A stretch of 64,000 bases of DNA from Owenia fusiformis (Eukaryota). The stretch is taken from the NCBI GenBank assembly GCA_903813345.2, contig CAIIXF020000001.1, positions 30,876,001 through 30,940,000 of the forward strand, in the 5' to 3' direction. Positions 61,098-64,000 of this stretch are shown here, piece by piece. Position 1 is the first letter of the stretch; each line of letters begins with the position of its first letter. A program made the translations under genes and the position numbers. The notes under the pieces are model-generated. The model made no database searches. It was not told the origin of the DNA and saw nothing but the letters and a program-made list of their open reading frames with translations.

Positions 61098-61295
61098 AAG
61101 CATTTTCATTTTGAATGGATTTTGGTCTGAGATTAGCGATTGACCTTATGAATAGTGCCATAAAAATAACAATTAGTTTTATGTGTCATTTATTAAAAAG
61201 GTATCCCTATATTTCTAGGAAGTAAAATGGAGGTCAATGCACATGTGCAAACGTTTATCGTGTGTATTTTCCATCGATTTTCATTCAAGCTAGAA

Positions 61296-62145
61296 CACCC
61301 TATGCAGACAGAGCCTGTGGGAAATATTGGGTGCGGCGCAAATGAGCGGAGGGTGCGGAGCTAACGGTCATTTTTGAATTTAAAATTGGGATATTTCTGA
61401 AACTAAGCCGTTTTGGGACTTCAAATATACCAAGATATGTGTATTTGACACCAAATATCAATAAAATTGTGAAAATAGTAGTGCAATTCATTTTATAGCG
61501 ACGCAGTATGCCTTAAACATTTCCCAGACCTATATATTTTGAGACTATCCTTTTAATACTGCGTCCCCAGCATTCATAAAAAATGGTGTTCAAGATACAC
61601 TACCCATGCAAATTATTTTTGCATCTTGGAAGCCAGGCAGTATCTGTGTGATTTTATAAAAATTCGGAAATGTTCTTCAGATATGAGCCCCTCTAAATAT
61701 TGGGTGCGGAGCTACGTTTATGGAGCTGCTCCGCACCCAATATTTAGAGGGGGCTCATATCTGAAAAAATTTCCGAATTTTTATAAAATCACACAGATAC
61801 TGCCTGGCTTCCAAGATGCAAAAATAATTTGTATAGATAGTGCACCTTGAACACCATTTTTTTATGAATGCTGGGGACTCAGTATTAAAGGGATAATTTC
61901 AAAATATATAGGTCTGGGAAAGGTTTAAGGCACACTGCGTCGCTATAGAATGAATTGCGCTACTATTTTCACAATTGTATTGATATTTGGTGTCAAATAC
62001 ACATATCTTGGTATATTTGAAGTCCCAAAACGGCTTAGTTTCAGAAATATCCCAAATTTAAATTCAAAAATGACCGTTAGCTCCGCACCCTCCGCTCATT
62101 TGCTCCGCATCCAATATTTCCCACAGGCTCTGTCTGCATAGGGTG
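61296..62145. mobile_element. 850-bp almost fully palindromic CAC-ended element with 5-bp target duplication (Transib-like foldback MITE)
   Basis: CACCCTATGCAGACAGAGCC... / ...GGCTCTGTCTGCATAGGGTG; arms of about 415 bp meet near 61718; TAGAA at 61291-61295 and 62146-62150. Confidence 0.9.
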
Positions 62146-62378
62146 TAGAACGACATTGTAAAATCTGATTGAATCTTGTAAGTATTGGCCCGCCAATCCC
62201 TTCCCCAAAACCACCCATGAATTATCAATGTGTGCCACTTTCCCCAGTGAAACACACATTCTACACAAGTTAGGGGCATTGAAATATACAATGAGACCTG
62301 GTTTGTAGATGAAGGAGGGTCACAGGTGCTTGAAGCAAGGTATTGGCCTCATTTCACGATACTTTCGAAAGATTGGAC

Positions 62379-62410
62379 CATGGGCTTTCAACTCTAGTTG
62401 AAAGCCCATG
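62379..62410. mobile_element. 32-bp palindrome with 7-bp direct flanks (P-element-like footprint)
   Basis: ATTGGAC-CATGGGCTTTCAACT-CT-AGTTGAAAGCCCATG-ATTGGAC. Confidence 0.65.
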
Positions 62411-63516
62411 ATTGGACGTTGTTTTTCCAATAATATAAATATATAACATCCAGTTATCATCAACTTTTATATATTTAGTTCGATAAGTTGAGAATTAATT
62501 TTTTCCGTATTGAAAGTGAACATATGCATGCTTTTCGAAACATGTTTCCAATATTTTACAATAGTGGCTCCCCCCACACTTTGAAAACGTCATTTAGTCA
62601 GATGTGCTCCCTGCTGCCCCGGGCTGCTGCTGCTTAAATGGAGATTTTTCTTCTACGATTAGTTCTACTTCATCATTTTAGATCATGGGATTTGTCTATA
62701 AGGTTTATAAAGATTTTTTATTTTATTAATGTATTATGTATTATCTTTAGTTTATTGATTTTGACCAATAAGTTAAAGGTAAGCAGAGTGGAAAGAAGTG
62801 AAATGCCCTTGGACCAAGGATGAACTCAACCTTGAATATAGTTATGCAATTTTTAAAATAAATTCACTTTCAATAAATATATAAGTATCGAATAAACATC
62901 AGCGATATTCAATAATTCTATTTTCGAACCCCAATCCTAAATAACACAACGAAATCTTAATATTTCTACTTTGGCTCCGATTTCGTTTTCCTAAGAAACT
63001 TTGCAGTTGGCTTTAACATGCTTATCGTGCTGAATATTGTATCCATAGTGCTCCTTTAGATTTAATAAACATCACTCAGAGATGATCTTTCACTGAATTC
63101 GTGTTAATGTAACTTTTAGGCCTAGTGAATTTTCATGATATCCAACGCAAATGTGAACACAGATGGATTGGAGAGGTGGGGCTTATAACTTAAGTTAATA
63201 CCATAATTGCCCATTTTGCCTTCTGATGTGTATTACTAACTGTCAGTTGTTTTCCACACATCATATAGCGATCACTTAAACGTACTAATTCAAACATCTC
63301 ATTCAGACCAACGACTTCAATAATTTCATGATAAATAGATTTTCGGAATATTTTGAGTCTTTGAAATATGATGTAAAATGTCATCTCATGGTACGATAGC
63401 TATTAATGCTGATCAAATTAATAGTAAGAGGACTAAGCCTACGAAGAAGTCAGAACAACAGCCATGGGGGCTCTTTATGAAGCCAGGTCATCGCCAAAAA
63501 ACCAGGTAAGCTTACG

Positions 63517-63980
63517 ATTTGAATTACGATTCCGTGTATTTTGGGATGATTTAGTATGCTTCCGAATTGTGTTTGCAGTGAACCACTGGGATATGATATC
63601 AGCGTTTTTTTAAATGCATAAGTGCAAGCGAAGCGAGCCCCAAAAAGGGGGATACGTGGGTTCACCCGGATTTACATTGTATTTGGTGCATTCTAAGCAT
63701 TTCAAACTATAATTTGTTAATTTTTCAACAAATTTTACAAAATTGCTTTTATTTATTTGAATTACGATTCCGTATATTTTGGGTGTTTGCAGTGAACCCC
63801 CGGGATATGATATCAGCGTTTTTTTAAATGCCTTACTGCGAGCGAAGCGAGCACCAAAAAGGGGGATACGTGGGTTCACCCGGATTTTTTTAAAAATTTA
63901 CATTGTATATGGTGCATTCTAAGCATTTCAAACTATAATTTGTTAATTTTTTCAACAAATTTTACAAAATTGCTTTTTTA
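63517..63980. repeat. Tandem repeat of ~215-240 bp, two copies, near the window end
   Basis: ATTTGAATTACGATTCCGT at 63517 and 63755; GCGAAGCGAGC.CCAAAAAGGGGGATACGTGGGTTCACCCGGATTT occurs twice. Confidence 0.85.
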
Positions 63981-64000
63981 TTTTTTGAGGTGGGGGGGGG

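Noticed and set aside
61300..62141. Two mirror-image 63-aa ORFs
   Set aside because: They arise from the palindromic element and are not genes.

Overview
AT-rich, intron-containing animal genomic DNA, probably a marine invertebrate; the taxon cannot be fixed from this window. Five spliced protein-coding genes can be rebuilt by hand from GT-AG junctions with consistent phases. (1) The 3' part of a FREM1/QBRICK-like basement-membrane gene (+, <1-8667). (2) A complete 22-exon ADAMTS6/10-like metalloprotease (-, 38604-16828), convergent with the FREM1-like gene. (3) An uncharacterised 715-aa protein (+, 50872-53646). (4) A type II membrane protein with motifs resembling GT91/GH130 beta-propeller enzymes (-, 55255-53898). 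(5) A secreted CUB-EGF-CUB-IgGFc-binding-Cys-domain protein (+, 56605-61097). Introns and intergenic DNA hold many non-autonomous DNA transposons. The most unusual observations are a tandem array built from an ADAMTS exon end plus its splice donor, a 32-bp palindrome shaped like a P-element excision footprint, two CAC-ended elements with 5-bp target duplications, and a large charged cassette exon plus a candidate micro-exon in the FREM1-like gene. No rRNA, tRNA or CRISPR features were seen. All calls come from reading the sequence; no database search was run.
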